Of a stretch of DNA of 64,000 nucleotides, positions 47,745 through 61,910 are shown in pieces. Source of the stretch: Sarea resinae (taxonomy: Eukaryota). Every line of letters begins with the position of its first letter. Within the stretch, counting starts at the first letter, position 1. The notes under the pieces were generated by a model that worked only from the letters and a program-made list of their open reading frames with translations, was not told the DNA's origin and did no database searches. The DNA lies in NCBI GenBank assembly GCA_026026165.1, contig JAPEUD010000001.1, positions 744,001 through 808,000 of the forward strand. The letters are read 5' to 3'. The position numbers and the translations under genes were made by a program.

Positions 47745-50615
47745 ATGCCGCAACCATTGAGCTCAAAAGACCATTCGCTGTTTCGGCAGGTCATCAAGAA
47801 TTATGACGCCAAACAGTATAAGAAGGGTCAGTGCCTCGCGCAGACTCCGACTCGGGCGAGTCTAGACTGACTTGCATGTGTGGATAGGTCTCAAAGCTGC
47901 GGATCAGATCCTGCGCAAGAACCCCACCCATGGCGATACGCTGGCAATGAAGGCCCTCCTCATCAATACACAGGGTAAGACGGACGAGGCTTTTGTCTTG
48001 GCCAAGGAAGCACTCAAGCAGGATATGAAGTCGCACGTTTGCTGGCACGTCTATGGTCTACTCTGGCGAGCAGTGAAGAATTATGAGGAGGCGATCAAGG
48101 CATATAAGTTTGCGTTGAGGCTGGAACCCGATTCCGCACAAATTCAACGGGATCTTGCCTTATTGCAAATGCAGATGAGGGACTTTCCAGGGTACATACA
48201 GAGTCGCAAGGCTATGTTACAGGCTCGCCCGCATTTTCGCCAGAATTGGACAGCGATGGCCATAGCTCATCATCTAGCCGGCAATTTGACGGAGGCTGAG
48301 AGCTATCTGAAGACGTACGAGGACACCTTGAAGACCCCGCCGCCGAAAACCGACATCGAGCACTCTGAGGCCGTGTTATATAAGAACACGATCATAGCCG
48401 AGATGGGAGAATATGAGAGGGCATTGGAACATCTTGATACGATATCCAAGAATAACCTTGATCGGACGGCAGTAATGGAGATGAAAGCAAGCTATCTATT
48501 GAAGTTAGGGCGCATGGAAGACGCGGAGAAGGCGTATAGAGCTCTTCTTAAAAGAAACGCCGAATATCGAGCTTACTACTACGGCCTTGAGCAAGCGATC
48601 GGGACTGATAGGAAAAATACCGCAGAACTGAAGAAGCTGTACGATGGCTACGCGGAGAAGAACCCGAGGGGGGATGCTGCTTACCGGATACCGCTCGACT
48701 TTCTAGAAGGTAGATACCCTAACTTTGGCGTCTTCGTACATCTCGTTTCAATCTAATACAATGGGCACAGGTGACGAATTCCGAGAAGCTGCAGACGCTT
48801 ATCTCAAGAGAATGTTGACTAAAGGTGCTCCATCTACGTTCGCCAACGTCAAGGCGCTCTACTCTGATATAGCCAAACGAGATGTCATTTGTGAGCTAGT
48901 GGAGGGTTACGTTTCTGGTGAAGCTAACGCGACCGCGAACGGTTCGGCCAAGGAATTGTCGGAGAAGGTCTCGGAGGAGCTTTCTGAGAAAATTCCAGAG
49001 GTTTCAGAAAAGGTTGCAAAGAATATCTCGAATGGGGATGTCTCGCGTTCTCGGCTGGCAGCTCTCTACTTCCTTGCACAGCATTACAACTATCACCTCA
49101 GCCGCGACCTTTCCAAGGCGATGGAGTACATCGAAAAGGCGATCGAGTTGTCTCCCGAATCGGCCAAAGACAACGTAGATTATAACATGACTAAGGCCAG
49201 AATATGGAAGCATTATGGGAATACCCAAAAAGCATCCGAGACGATGGAGCATGCCAGAACCTTGGATGAAAAGGATCGTTACATCAATACGAAAGCTGCG
49301 AAATACCAGCTCCGCAATGACGAGAATGAAACCGCTCTCAAGACTATGAGCAAATTCACCCGGAATGAGACCATTGGAGGGCCATTGGGTGACCTTCACG
49401 AGATGCAGTGCATGTGGTATATCACCGAGGACGGCGAGTCGTACTTGCGTCAACAAAAGCTCGGGCTGGCATTGAAGCGTTTTAAAGCCATCTACGACAT
49501 CTTCGATACCTGGCAGGAAGATCAATTTGACTTTCACAGCTTTTCGTTACGAAAGGGGCAGATAAGGGCATACGTCGATATGGTCAGATGGGAGGACTCA
49601 TTACGCGAGCATCCTTTCTATTCGAGAGTAGCCATCAAGGCTATCAGGACATACATTCTGCTGCATGATCATCCCGAGCTTGTTCACGGACCTCTTCCTA
49701 ACGGTGTCGACGGCGCCGACCTATCGAAGCTAGATGCGGCAGGACGAAAGAAAGCGATGAAGAAAGCAAAGAAGGAGCAGCAAAAGCTAGAAAAGGAGAA
49801 GGCTGAGGCCGAAGAGGCTAAGAGGACAAGTAAGACGGCCGTGGGTGCGGATGGCGAGATCAAGAAGGAGGACCCGGATCCTCAGGGCACGCAATTGTTG
49901 CAGACCTCAGAGCCGTTAAAGGAAGCCATGAAGTTCTTGACCCCCTTATTAGACTTCAGCCCGAAGCTCCTCGAAGCGGAACTCGTTGGGTTCGAGCTCT
50001 TCATTCGAAGACGTATGCCTTTCCCACATCTTCTTCCATCTGCCTGGTTTTTAAAGAGTATCGCTGAACCATTTCTACAGAGAAGTACCTTTTGGCCCTC
50101 AAGTGCCTCCTCGCAGCCTCCAAACTCGACCCCGAAAGCCCAGTCGTCCACGAACAGACCATTCGTTTCCGCCACACGCGCAAGTTGCCCTCTTCTCCGT
50201 CCCATCTCGCAACCCGTCAACCAACAAGAGCTCTGCTGACTAGAAATACCTCACAGTTGATACACTCTCCACCCCTCTCGAGCCGCGTGTCGCCGAGGTC
50301 ATCGCCTCGGAGTTCAGTCTTCTCCCCACTTCTACCAACCTGACGGAGCACAACGACGCTTTCCTTGCACGTCATAAAGACAGCGCCCCTCATATTCACG
50401 CCTTCCTCCGCATCCGCTTTCTCCTCTCCCCAGAAAGCAAGGTGCAGAACGAGAAAGACTTGCACGCGACCCTTGGACTTAGCACGATAGATCAATCGCA
50501 AGCTGTCGAGGGGTTGAAATTGTTAGATATGTGGAAGGCAGAGACCAGCGTCAAGGATCAATACCGTAAGGCCGCCACGGAGAGATGGCCCGAGGCCAGT
50601 GCTTTTCAGTCATAG
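47745..50615 (+). CDS. NAT1: NatA N-terminal acetyltransferase auxiliary subunit (Nat1/NAA15), multi-exon
   Basis: MPQPLSSKDHSLFRQVIKNYDAKQYKKG|LKAADQIL; SHVCWHVYGLLWR; IQRDLALLQMQMRD; LDEKDRYINTK; EMQCMWY; EDQFDFHSFSLRKG; ends RWPEASAFQS*. Confidence 0.95.
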
Positions 50616-51410
50616 TGTACGGAAGGGGAAAAACACGGCATTTTGTACGTAGTAGTAGAGCCCGGTGAAGCGTGTAGGGTGGACAAGCAGCACGATTCTT
50701 GAAAGGAAGTCGCTCTAGCGTACGAGTGGGAAAGCGTTATTCAACAGGCATCAAAATCTCAAAGCGGAGATCTGATTTCAAACGAATGCCCGTTCCTACC
50801 AGTAGGTGACTCGACTCGCCAAGGAAATGTAGCATCTCAACATAGTGGGGGTTCCGGGAAACATTACCAGGTCCACGTCCGAACGAAGACGGCGTCGACT
50901 TCCAAGCAAAGTGCAGAACAGTGTTCCTTGGATGTAACATTCAATTTGAGGTTTGGAAGACTCTATCATTCGATTGTATCTGGCAATTTGCTTGGCGCGG
51001 ATGGCTCCATTCTTCCATCGTATATCGTCCACGCCTCTTGATATGGTATCATCACGTATCGCGGTTCCATGATTGCGTGATAGTGGAGAGGATTCAAGCA
51101 ATCCAATGGCGACGATCATCATGTTGAAGCTCTCCAATGGCTCGGTCAACCCGACGATGAGATGACGATCGCAGCCTTCTCCCTCTTATCCCAAGTGATA
51201 TTGAAGCACAGAACTATTTTCGTTATCTCTTAGAGCGCTAGCACATCATTGCGGGGATTTATTGGCTTTGCGACACGCATCGCAGAGCTCAGAAGGAGGC
51301 TTATAAGCAATGCTGTCCTCTCTTCGGTCATCTCCAGAGGCTTCTGATTGCTTGCAGCCTTATGTTCTTTTGCTGATTTTCTCGTCACCGCCTGCTTGCC
51401 TTTTTACATA

Positions 51411-52929
51411 ATGTCTACCAAGACACACCAGAGTACTGATCCTCAGGTGTATGATATCCATCACCAGAAATTCCTCAGTGACGGTCTTCCTACAGACCAG
51501 GCAGGATGGCTTGAACGGGCCCGCCGAGTGGCAGACATCTTTGCTACGGACGTTGCTGTCCGTGAAAAGGAAAACAAATCTCCAGTGGCCGAAGTCTCTC
51601 TACTCAAGTCCTCTGGCCTCCTCAAGTTGCTTGGACCGAAAGAGTTTGGAGGCGGGGGGGAAGACTGGGCGTTAGGCTACAAGGCCATCCGTGAAGTTGC
51701 GAAAGGTGATGGGTAAGCCAAATTGGTCACGGAGAAACGATAGAATGCTCTGCTGATACGCTCTATCTAGGTCTCTTGGAATGCTTCTGGGCTACCATCT
51801 GTATTGGTCTACCGCTGCGAATGTATTGGGTACGGATGAACAAAGGGTGAGGTGGCAGAAGGAAATCATAGAGAACAACTACTTCGTGGGAGGTATGCTG
51901 CGTCCTCTCTAATTGAAGGTGTTCATATATTGATACATTTGCTCGACTAGGGGCGGTCAACCCGCGTGATAACGACCTCACCGTTACCTCCGATGGTGAC
52001 GAGATTGTCTTCAATGGCCTCAAAAACTTCAATACTGGAGGGGTTGTCTCCGACTTGACCGTTCTAGAGGGGGCATACACAGCAATTGGTGCTCATATCT
52101 TTGCCATCGTCAAGACCAATCAACCAGGGGTTCAATTCGCCGTGAGTAAGCCGTCACGATCATAAGACTTCATCTAAAGTCAGACACAGCACAATTGGGA
52201 TAACATTGGCGTCCGCCTCACCGAATCGGGCAGTGTCAAGCTTGTCGACGTCCGCGCTGCCTGGACCGATGCCCTTGGCTGGGACGCGGAAACCCGACAG
52301 CCACTCCCCCACATTCTCTCCACCCCCTTCGCGACCCTTCCCCTTCCAACAATCCAGCTCGTCTTCTCAAACTTCTATCTCGGCATTGCCCTCGGCGCAC
52401 TTGACACCGCAGCCCGCTATACCACCACCACAACCCGCTCATGGCCTTTCACGAACGACCCCAAAGCGGCAGCAACGGACGAGTTCTACATCCTAGAACG
52501 CTACGGCGCCTTCTCGGCCCATCTGCGCGCTGCAGAAGCTCTGACTGACCGTGCTGGAGATCAATTGCGTGACCTGTACGCACGCTACTCTGGGTCTCGC
52601 GAGCTCCTCACCGCTCGCCAGCGCGGAGATGTCGCTGAGACCATTGCCGCCGTCAAGGTCGTAACGACGGATGTTGGGCTCGAGGTGACGGCGGGGGTGT
52701 TTGAGGTGACCGGCGCAAGGGCCACAGCATCCAAGGTTGGATTGGATCGCTTCTGGAGGGATCTGAGGACTCATACTTTACATGACCCTGTCGCGTATAA
52801 GAGGAGAGAGCTAGGGCGATACAAATTGCTGGATGAGGTAAGATTCGCCCCTTTGCTTGTCGTGATGTACGCATCAGGAGGTACTAATTGATCACATTGT
52901 AGATCCCTGAGCCCACGTGGTATACTTAG
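51411..52929 (+). CDS. Acyl-CoA-dehydrogenase-fold flavin-dependent monooxygenase (DszC/SfnB-like), multi-exon
   Basis: LLKSSGLLKLLGPKEFGGGG, VAKGDG|SLGMLLGYH, GAVNPRD, NGLKNFNTGG, WDNIGVRLTESGSV, VFEVTGARAT..GLDRFWRDLRTHTLHDPVAYK; ends PEPTWYT*. Confidence 0.88.
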
Positions 52930-53126
52930 ACGTAGATATGCTTGTGTCCATCTATTGAGATTTGCAGTGGATAGGCCAGATTTTGAAATCCCTCGTTATA
53001 TGCAAAGTAGGGATGTTATTTTTTTGTGTACAGAAATATGTAGAATTGGCCTAATCTACTCCAACCCTGATGCGGCACTGCAAAGCGTGCTTATTCTCAT
53101 GCTCCAAGAAGATAAAACGTACAACA

Positions 53127-53775
53127 TCATCTCTCCGTCTCTCTATTCCTCCGCCACCTGTTGAGTGCATCCTCCCAATCCTCTCCAACATCTCCACACC
53201 TTTCGCCCACCAAACCCCATGACCTAGACCTCACAATTTTCTCGACGCCCCTCTCCATCCTGACCACATTGGCCAAGCTCTCGGTCCGCGCCTCCCGTGG
53301 GAAATACCTCGCGCTATACGGATCCAGGCGCTCGTCCACGACCCTTTCCCTCGCTTTCTCGGACTCTACCTGTCGCAGCACCGAGTCCGGATCGTCTGGG
53401 TCAGGGGACGTGGCTACGCTAGCGCAGTAGTTGAGGACATCGGAGCGGGTCTGCCAGGAGGCGAAGAGGACGTTTGATTTGAAGGAGGCGCAGGAGGCCG
53501 GGTCGATCATGCGTTTGCTGCCCGCGGCGGTGCGGGTCTGCCGGGTAGACGTCGAAGAGGGATCGAAACCCGCGTTGGAGGGCGTGAGGAGCGCGTTGAG
53601 GTTTTGCGTGATACTGTCGTCTATTGTGGCACGGGACAGACGGAGGAAGTCTATGATCTTGCATCAGAGGGAAGTCTCTCAGACGGAGGGTTGTGGATGG
53701 CTTACCTCGGAGCGCCGTCTCGTTGAAGCAGAATTGAGGCGTTAGGGCTGGATGGGTAGAGGGATTTTGAGCCAT
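53127..53775 (-). CDS. MIX23: Mitochondrial intermembrane-space protein Mix23 (CCDC58/Cid2 family), 2 exons
   Basis: LTPQFCFNETALR|DFLRLSRATIDDSITQNLNAL; SWQTRSDVLNYC; ERLDPYSARYFP; ERGVEKIVRSRSW..C. Confidence 0.88.
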
Positions 53776-54539
53776 GTCCGCTTCGTTCCTTTTCCTTTTC
53801 TGCTCTTGCTGCTCCTCCTCTTGCCGCTCCTGCTGCTGCTGCTGCGGATGGCCCTGCTCGGGACTGCGGCTCCAGAAAAAGCCCGCCACTACGCTGGTTG
53901 ATAAGGTTTCTTTCCTTCTCGGAGGGATGGGATCGATCGAAGGATTGTATATATCGAATTGTTGATCGGGAAACTCGAAGATAGGAGTACGTGACAGATC
54001 AATATGTGCAGGTCACTTGAATTATTATTCCTGGAGACTTCATCATAATAATGTCCATGTCATGGTCGCTGGGTGCGATGTACCTTTTTGGTCAGCCACA
54101 CGTGCTTTCGTGACTTTGGGTCCCAAGCGCCACGCCAATGACAACGTCATCCATCGCTCGCGTCTATCGAATGCATCTTAATTGGTTTCGCGCTCGAGGC
54201 GCGAAACCCTGGCTTGCTTTGCGATCAATAGATGCAATAGTACCGTGTAATATTCGTGATAGCATCCCCCCTTCGACCAAATCTCAATTATTTCCATCGC
54301 CAGAACTGTGCGCCGGATTGCATGAACTCCTGTTGACCCGCGGAACACTGACTGGATTTCTTTTGCGACAAAAGAACTTGGAATTGCGCTCTCAGCCATT
54401 CCCAGGCGTGGTCTTCTATCCTTACTTTCGATAATTCCTTTCTCATACTTGAACGCTATACTGAAAACCACTCACCGTACTCAACGCCATTTCATCACCG
54501 CTTGAATACGTGTTTTCCTCACCTTAACGGTCGTCCAGC

Positions 54540-56056
54540 ATGCCCGAGATCGGCGAGGTATGCATTCGTCAAGCTCAAGAGCGTCAATCAAGCAAGTGCT
54601 AAACCTGTGCCAAACACAGGTCGCGCGAATTGTTTCTTACCTCAGGAAGCACGCTGTTGGCAAATCTATAGCGTCTGTCAAGGTGCAAGAGGATGACATC
54701 ATCTACGGCAAGGTTGGTACGTCTGCCGGCGAGTTCAAGAAGGCCATGACGGGGAAGAAGTTGGTCGATGTCGGGCAGCAAGGGAAATATTTCTGGTACG
54801 TGGAGTGGCAGAGAAAATCCTCGCTACCCGCTCCTGGTTGAGATGGCTTCGAATCTGAATCTGACCTTGCATGTGCCTGACAGGTTGACGATGTCGTCGC
54901 CTCCCCACCCTTGTCTACATTTCGGCATGAGTGAGCATACTTACTCCATATCCGCATATTGAAATCCTGACCATTGAGATTGAAGCTGGTTGGATGAAGT
55001 TCTCGAATGAAGATACTGCATACTATAAACCTGTCAAGGCCGAAGAAGAGCAATGGCCCCCGCGATTCTGGAAGTTCATCCTCGAAATTAAAGACGATCC
55101 CTCATTCGACATAGCCTTTATCGATGCGCGGAGATTAGGACGGATACGTCTTCTCGACTGTGATGCAGCTGATATCCGCAAGACGACCCCTCTGAAGGAG
55201 AACGGCCCGGATCCGGTCCTCGATAAGGACATCTTGACTCTAGAATGGCTGACAGACAAGCTGAGGAGCAAGAAAGTCCCCGTCAAAGCTCTTTTATTAG
55301 ATCAGGCTAATATCAGCGGTGTGGGGAATTGGGTTGGGTGAGTAACTGCTACTATGGTCTACAGAGGTAACATCATATGCCAGAGCTAATCACATGGATA
55401 GCGACGAGGTCCTTTACCACGCAAAAATCCATCCCGAGCAATACAGTAACACCCTCAATGACTCCCAAGTCAAGCAACTTCATACTTCTCTGTCAGAAGT
55501 GTGCACGCTTGCCGTTGAGACAGGCGCGGATTCGAGCAAATTCCCGGATGACTGGCTCATGAAACACCGTTGGGGCAAGGGGAAGAAGGACAAGGACAGA
55601 CTGCCCAACGGGGAAAAGATCGTATTTCTCAAGGTCGGAGGTAGAACCAGCGCGGTCGTTCCCAGCGTACAGAAAAAGACCGGCCCCGTTGCTGGTGATA
55701 TCAATGGAGGAAAGAACGACGACGCCGATGAGGCGGAAACTTCAGAAGACGAAAAACCCGCCAAGAGAAAGAAAAAGGAGAACGCGAAGCAAACACCCAA
55801 GAAATCAACCGAGGCGAAAGCATCTAAAAAGGTCCCAGCTCCTACGAAAGTCAAGGATGACGAGTTTAAGAAAGCTGAGCCAGCGGCAAGAGGGAAGAAG
55901 CGCAAGCCCAGCTCCGAGGACGAGCATGGAGCGACGAGTGGTGATGATAAGAAGACGGAAAGCTTAAAGAGAGGCAAGAGGGCTGTGCCTAACGGGGCGA
56001 GTGCGGAGACGGCCCCGGGACGACGCAGATCTACTCGGGTCAGTGGGAAGAGCTAG
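54540..56056 (+). CDS. FPG: Formamidopyrimidine-DNA glycosylase (Fpg/Nei family, fungal type) with Lys-rich tail, multi-exon
   Basis: Catalytic N-terminus MPEIGE|V; QQGKYFW; LHFGMTGW; FIDARRLGRI; H2TH KALLLDQANISGVGNWVGDEVLYHAKIHP; VGGRTSAVVP. Confidence 0.93.
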
Positions 56057-57661
56057 TAGACCTGTTGTTCACGGCAAATGTTTTCACTAAGCGTCTCTGG
56101 GGTTTCAACTTCGAATTACGGTCTACTAGGATTCGACCTACATAGGTAGTATCAATATCTATTCATTACATCAATCGAATGCTCGATACCAGGCTTCTTT
56201 TTATTCCTTGTTCTATATGTATGAGATCATATGTCGTGAAAATGCGACGAAAATGGTAGATCCTTATAACCCCATAGGCGTGATTGATCGAGCGGTGATT
56301 CACTCATACTGCGGTAGACGGATCCAGCGACTGTCGGCCATGGGCATGGTGATGACTTTCCACGGCGTACTGCACACCGGCAATGAGACTGCCTATATAT
56401 TAGTCTTAAATGTCAGTTTATGTCATCAGAAATCACCATCGACGTGGCGCAGAGGAAGCGCGCAAGGCTCATAACCTTGAGGGCGCTGGATCGAAACCAG
56501 CCGTCGATACATTTGACTTCTTTTTTCTTATTTTTTTTCATGAGGTCAATCCACCGCTTCTTTCGGGTTGGTACTCTGGGCAACCTTTTATCTATTAGTG
56601 TCTATTGTCTATTGTCTATCTTTGCTCTAGATTTATTGTTCACCTCTAAAATGTCCTTTGGGATTTTTGCGAGGGTTATGCCAGGGCTGCGGATACTACG
56701 GTCTGAGTACATAGTACTGCTGGCTCGCGTCGAGATCCTGATTCAGGAATGCGATATCTCTGAGAGGCGAGAGAGTCCTGACTACTCGATTCACTCGATT
56801 TGGCTTCGACTTCCCGCTTGCAGCCCAACACTACTCTGGACTCCAACAACGAAGCAACCCGGATGTCTTCCGAAGACCCGCAGCGGTGCTTTATCTGAAC
56901 CACCACAATCACCTAGGGCACCGCTCTAAATCATTGCAGACACACCTATTGGAGTGAAGATGGGCCTTCTGTTCCAATCAATTCGGATGGATTTGGCACT
57001 TCCTTGCTGCGCTCCTGCGTCAAACCCTGACTCAGGGACCAGTACTAGGGCCTACCTTATCTAAATCCACCTATGGATGAGGGGCGGAACCCCGTGCAGA
57101 TTGCAGATCCGATGCGTTGTGACGGGCCCGGAATTCTCTTCAGGGACCGTCGCTTTTCGAAAGCAAGGAAATGAGTGAAAGAATCTCCATCGTTGTGTTT
57201 CAATGATACAGTTTGATTGCGTGATACTTGTGGCCTATGTCGCCTAGTATTGCACAATCCACCGTACAATTGCGAGCATCTCTTCAAGGCGTATTACTTC
57301 TTGGGAGGGACCTTTCAAATATTCATCTTTGATTCTTACTCGAGACCATTCTTTCTTTAGAAATCAATTTGGCACACTTTCGTTATTGCTGGTGGATCTA
57401 TCATTACATTGAGTCCTTGAACCCTCGACCCTCTGGTCTACCATTGCTCGAATCTTGACAACCGCTGGGAAGCTACAACTACTACGTAGTCGTTGCGGTT
57501 TCTGTTTCCCGGTCCACGGGTGTCTGAACTCGCGAACTCCTGACGGGACCCCGACATCCTTCGATCGCTGCAATCGAGTCATCGGAGAGCTTTTTCAATA
57601 TAGTACTTTGAAGTAGGCCCGAAAGCGATCAGCGCGGCAGCTGTGAAGGCGACCTTTCGGA

Positions 57662-58426
57662 ATGTCTGTCGCTGTAGGCCCCGAAGCATCAGATGCTTCA
57701 CGTTTGGCGCTCGATGGCGGCCCTTTGTCGTTCAACAACCCTCAAGTGAAATTAGCAAACGAGAACCATCTGGTCGTGTCTCCATATACGGAAGGCCCTC
57801 ATCTACTCGACCTCGAATCCTACAGTCAGCCAGTCAAGCTCCTGGCCAAGGCGTTGACCGTGCTATCGCCTGTTCGTCCAGACTATGCCACCGCGTCATA
57901 TGTCGAAAGCTTCAATTGGGACCAAGTTGTCGAAACCCTGAGGCAAGCGGCTGCGAATGACGATTTCCAGTGGGAAAAGCAATCCTTCTACGTCGTTGCT
58001 TTCAGATCGCGGATTCCGCGGACAACAAATTACGAAGATCTTGCCAGATTAGACTTGGAGGCCCACATGGAAGCAACGAAGAGCGGAGGACTTCTCAAGT
58101 ATGATACACGACACAACGACATCAATTTTTCAAGCCGAGCTGACAAAATGGTCTCACAGGTATTGGTTTGGCCTTCCCGATGCGGATGGCCGTAACCTTG
58201 CGACATGTAAGCACAACCTCTCGGTCGCGTCTCATACGCCTCTGTTCTGATTGATCTAGGTGTCTGGCGTGAACGAGAAGATGCCCGGCGGGGTGGGACT
58301 GGCGAGGGGCATCAGCGAGCTATGAGGGCAACCAGAGGACTTTATGCAGAATGGGCATTGGAGCGCTTTCGATTTACCATCGAAGATGGAGCTCTTCAAT
58401 GGGAGATGATAGACTGGACGGATTGA
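57662..58426 (+). CDS. Conserved fungal hypothetical protein resembling the UPF0643 family, 3 exons
   Basis: SPYTEGPHLLDL, DYATASYVESFNW, FYVVAFRS, AHMEATKSGGLLK|YWFGLPDADGRNLAT|CVW; ends MIDWTD*. The family name is from recall, not from a search. Confidence 0.75.
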
Positions 58427-58959
58427 TCTAACAAGAGTTATAGAGTATTAACCCTCTTTTTCGACACGGAACCGGCGCAGAGAGCATAGCGATTGCCATG
58501 TTTAGCATTCTCGGCTAGATCGATACCCCAAATTGCGGAGGGTGCACTTGGGTAGTCAAAATCAGAGGATGGGAAGACATCACGAAGAAGTCTGGCCTGT
58601 CCTTGGCAGTGGGGATAGAAGGAGTTGTGCTTGCTTGCAGTGTTGCATGTACATAGTGGAGTTTCCGAATTAGAATGATCATGATCTCTGTCTCTCTCCA
58701 CAGCAGCCGTTGTTGATGTTGAGAAAGGAACCTGCGTAGTTTTCACAGACCCAGTCGCTGACAGGGGTGCGTCCTACAGTAGTGCACAACAATTGGAAGA
58801 ATTCGCCGGGACCGAGAAGGGAACATACGAAGACCCCGCGGCGGGGCGCTCGTCTAAGGGAACCGAGTAGGCTCAGGCACCACGACTTCCAACACCAAAA
58901 AATCTCTAAGTCAGCCTCGACTCAACAACTCCATCCACCTCATCCCCCAACGCCAATTT

Positions 58960-59033
58960 GTGAGTGTCGCCCTGCTCTTTCCCCAATCGTCCACAATCGA
59001 GCCATCTAACAGACTGTCTTCGTCTTCTTATAG
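58960..59033 (+). other. 5'UTR intron of SAH1
   Basis: GTGAGT donor, TCTAAC branch, pyrimidine tract and TAG acceptor, 70 nt before ATG 59104. Confidence 0.7.
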
Positions 59034-59103
59034 TACAAGCCCCTTCCATCACTCCATCACTACTCCATCAACCTTCATCCTTCACCCTTCATACACCGCC
59101 ATC

Positions 59104-60664
<1,561 letters not shown>

Positions 60665-61910
60665 TTTCTCTCTTCTCTTTCCTCCCATCCCCTCATCCAC
60701 AATCCTCAACGACCCAAATTCTTTTTCAACCCCACCGCAGTCTAGTCTTGTGTACTGACCGCTTCAACACCAACGATGTTATGTTACGATATGATGCATG
60801 AAACCCCAATCAAAAGCACTACAGGTGTCCTTCAACGGCAATTTTTCTCATCTCTCACCTCTTCAACCTCAATCAATCAATCAATCAGTCTCACCGTCGA
60901 ATGTTTTTCTTCTTTTTCTTATTTAGAGATGGGCGATGTTATGCGTGGGCTGTCACACGGGAAGCCAAGGGAAAGGCCCTCATTTCGAGAGGGTATGGGA
61001 TGGGGACAAGTAAATGGCGTTTCTTTTTTTTTGGCGCTTGACTGAATTCAACAATTGTCAAGTCCCTAAAAGAGAAGAAAGTCAAGAAGTTAGAAAGATA
61101 GTAAATATGAAATACCGTTGAAAAAAGCCGAGGGGACAATCCGCGAATGTTCAAATCTGAAATTATTAGGGCTTGATTCCTAATTTGATAAGACGTCTTT
61201 TTCTTAGACGGCTGTATGAATGAGTACAGTCGTTGGTGTTATCGTTGTATTGATCCATCAATTAATTCCATTATTTATATCCATCGTAAATTGTATGAAA
61301 TATATCGAATGGATAGATTAAAGTATAAGGCAAATACAATACAAACATAATCAGCTTCTCTTAGACCGAGGGTCTGGAGCTGTGAAAGCACGAATCCTGC
61401 TACAAACATACAGAGCAAGAGACATGGATCTGGCAAACTTGGTACTAGTCTGGCTTCTAGAACAAGCTTGACCGCACTCCAGCGGTCTACCTTTCACGGG
61501 GAAGGGAGCAAGATTAGATCAAGACATCTTCAAACCGAGCCCAGAGCTACCGCCAGCTGCTATGGTACAGAGAGCACGGTTTGATTCGTCTTAGGTTGTG
61601 GCATAGAAGTCCTGTTGTGCCCAACCGGTATGGCGACTGTTGATCTGAACTGTATCCAATTCCGAGCAACCCTCTGCTGTTCAGGCCGGCAGCAAAAACG
61701 AGGAAACGCTAGCTGTGAGACTTGAACGACTTCGCTCAACTTGGGATCGGTCTGCTACGATGTCAAATCTGTAGCTTAGGTTGCAAGAAGCCAGCAGGAA
61801 CAGTCAATCGGATACAGAGCAAGTTGCTATCTATCATCTATCTTATAGCGGCGTAAAGGGTGACGAGGAGGATGACGTTTCGGATCTTGAGAACGAAGCG
61901 GTCTCGAAGC

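Noticed and set aside
50796..51149. ORF with KNGAIRAKQIARYNRMIE resembling the enolase C-terminus
   Set aside because: Spacing is off and the SHRSGET motif is absent; likely coincidence without a search hit.
56420..56929. 169-aa ATG-initiated ORF with a hydrophobic middle
   Set aside because: Hydrophobic part derives from poly-T and TCTATTG repeats; no family motifs, so it cannot be supported as a gene.
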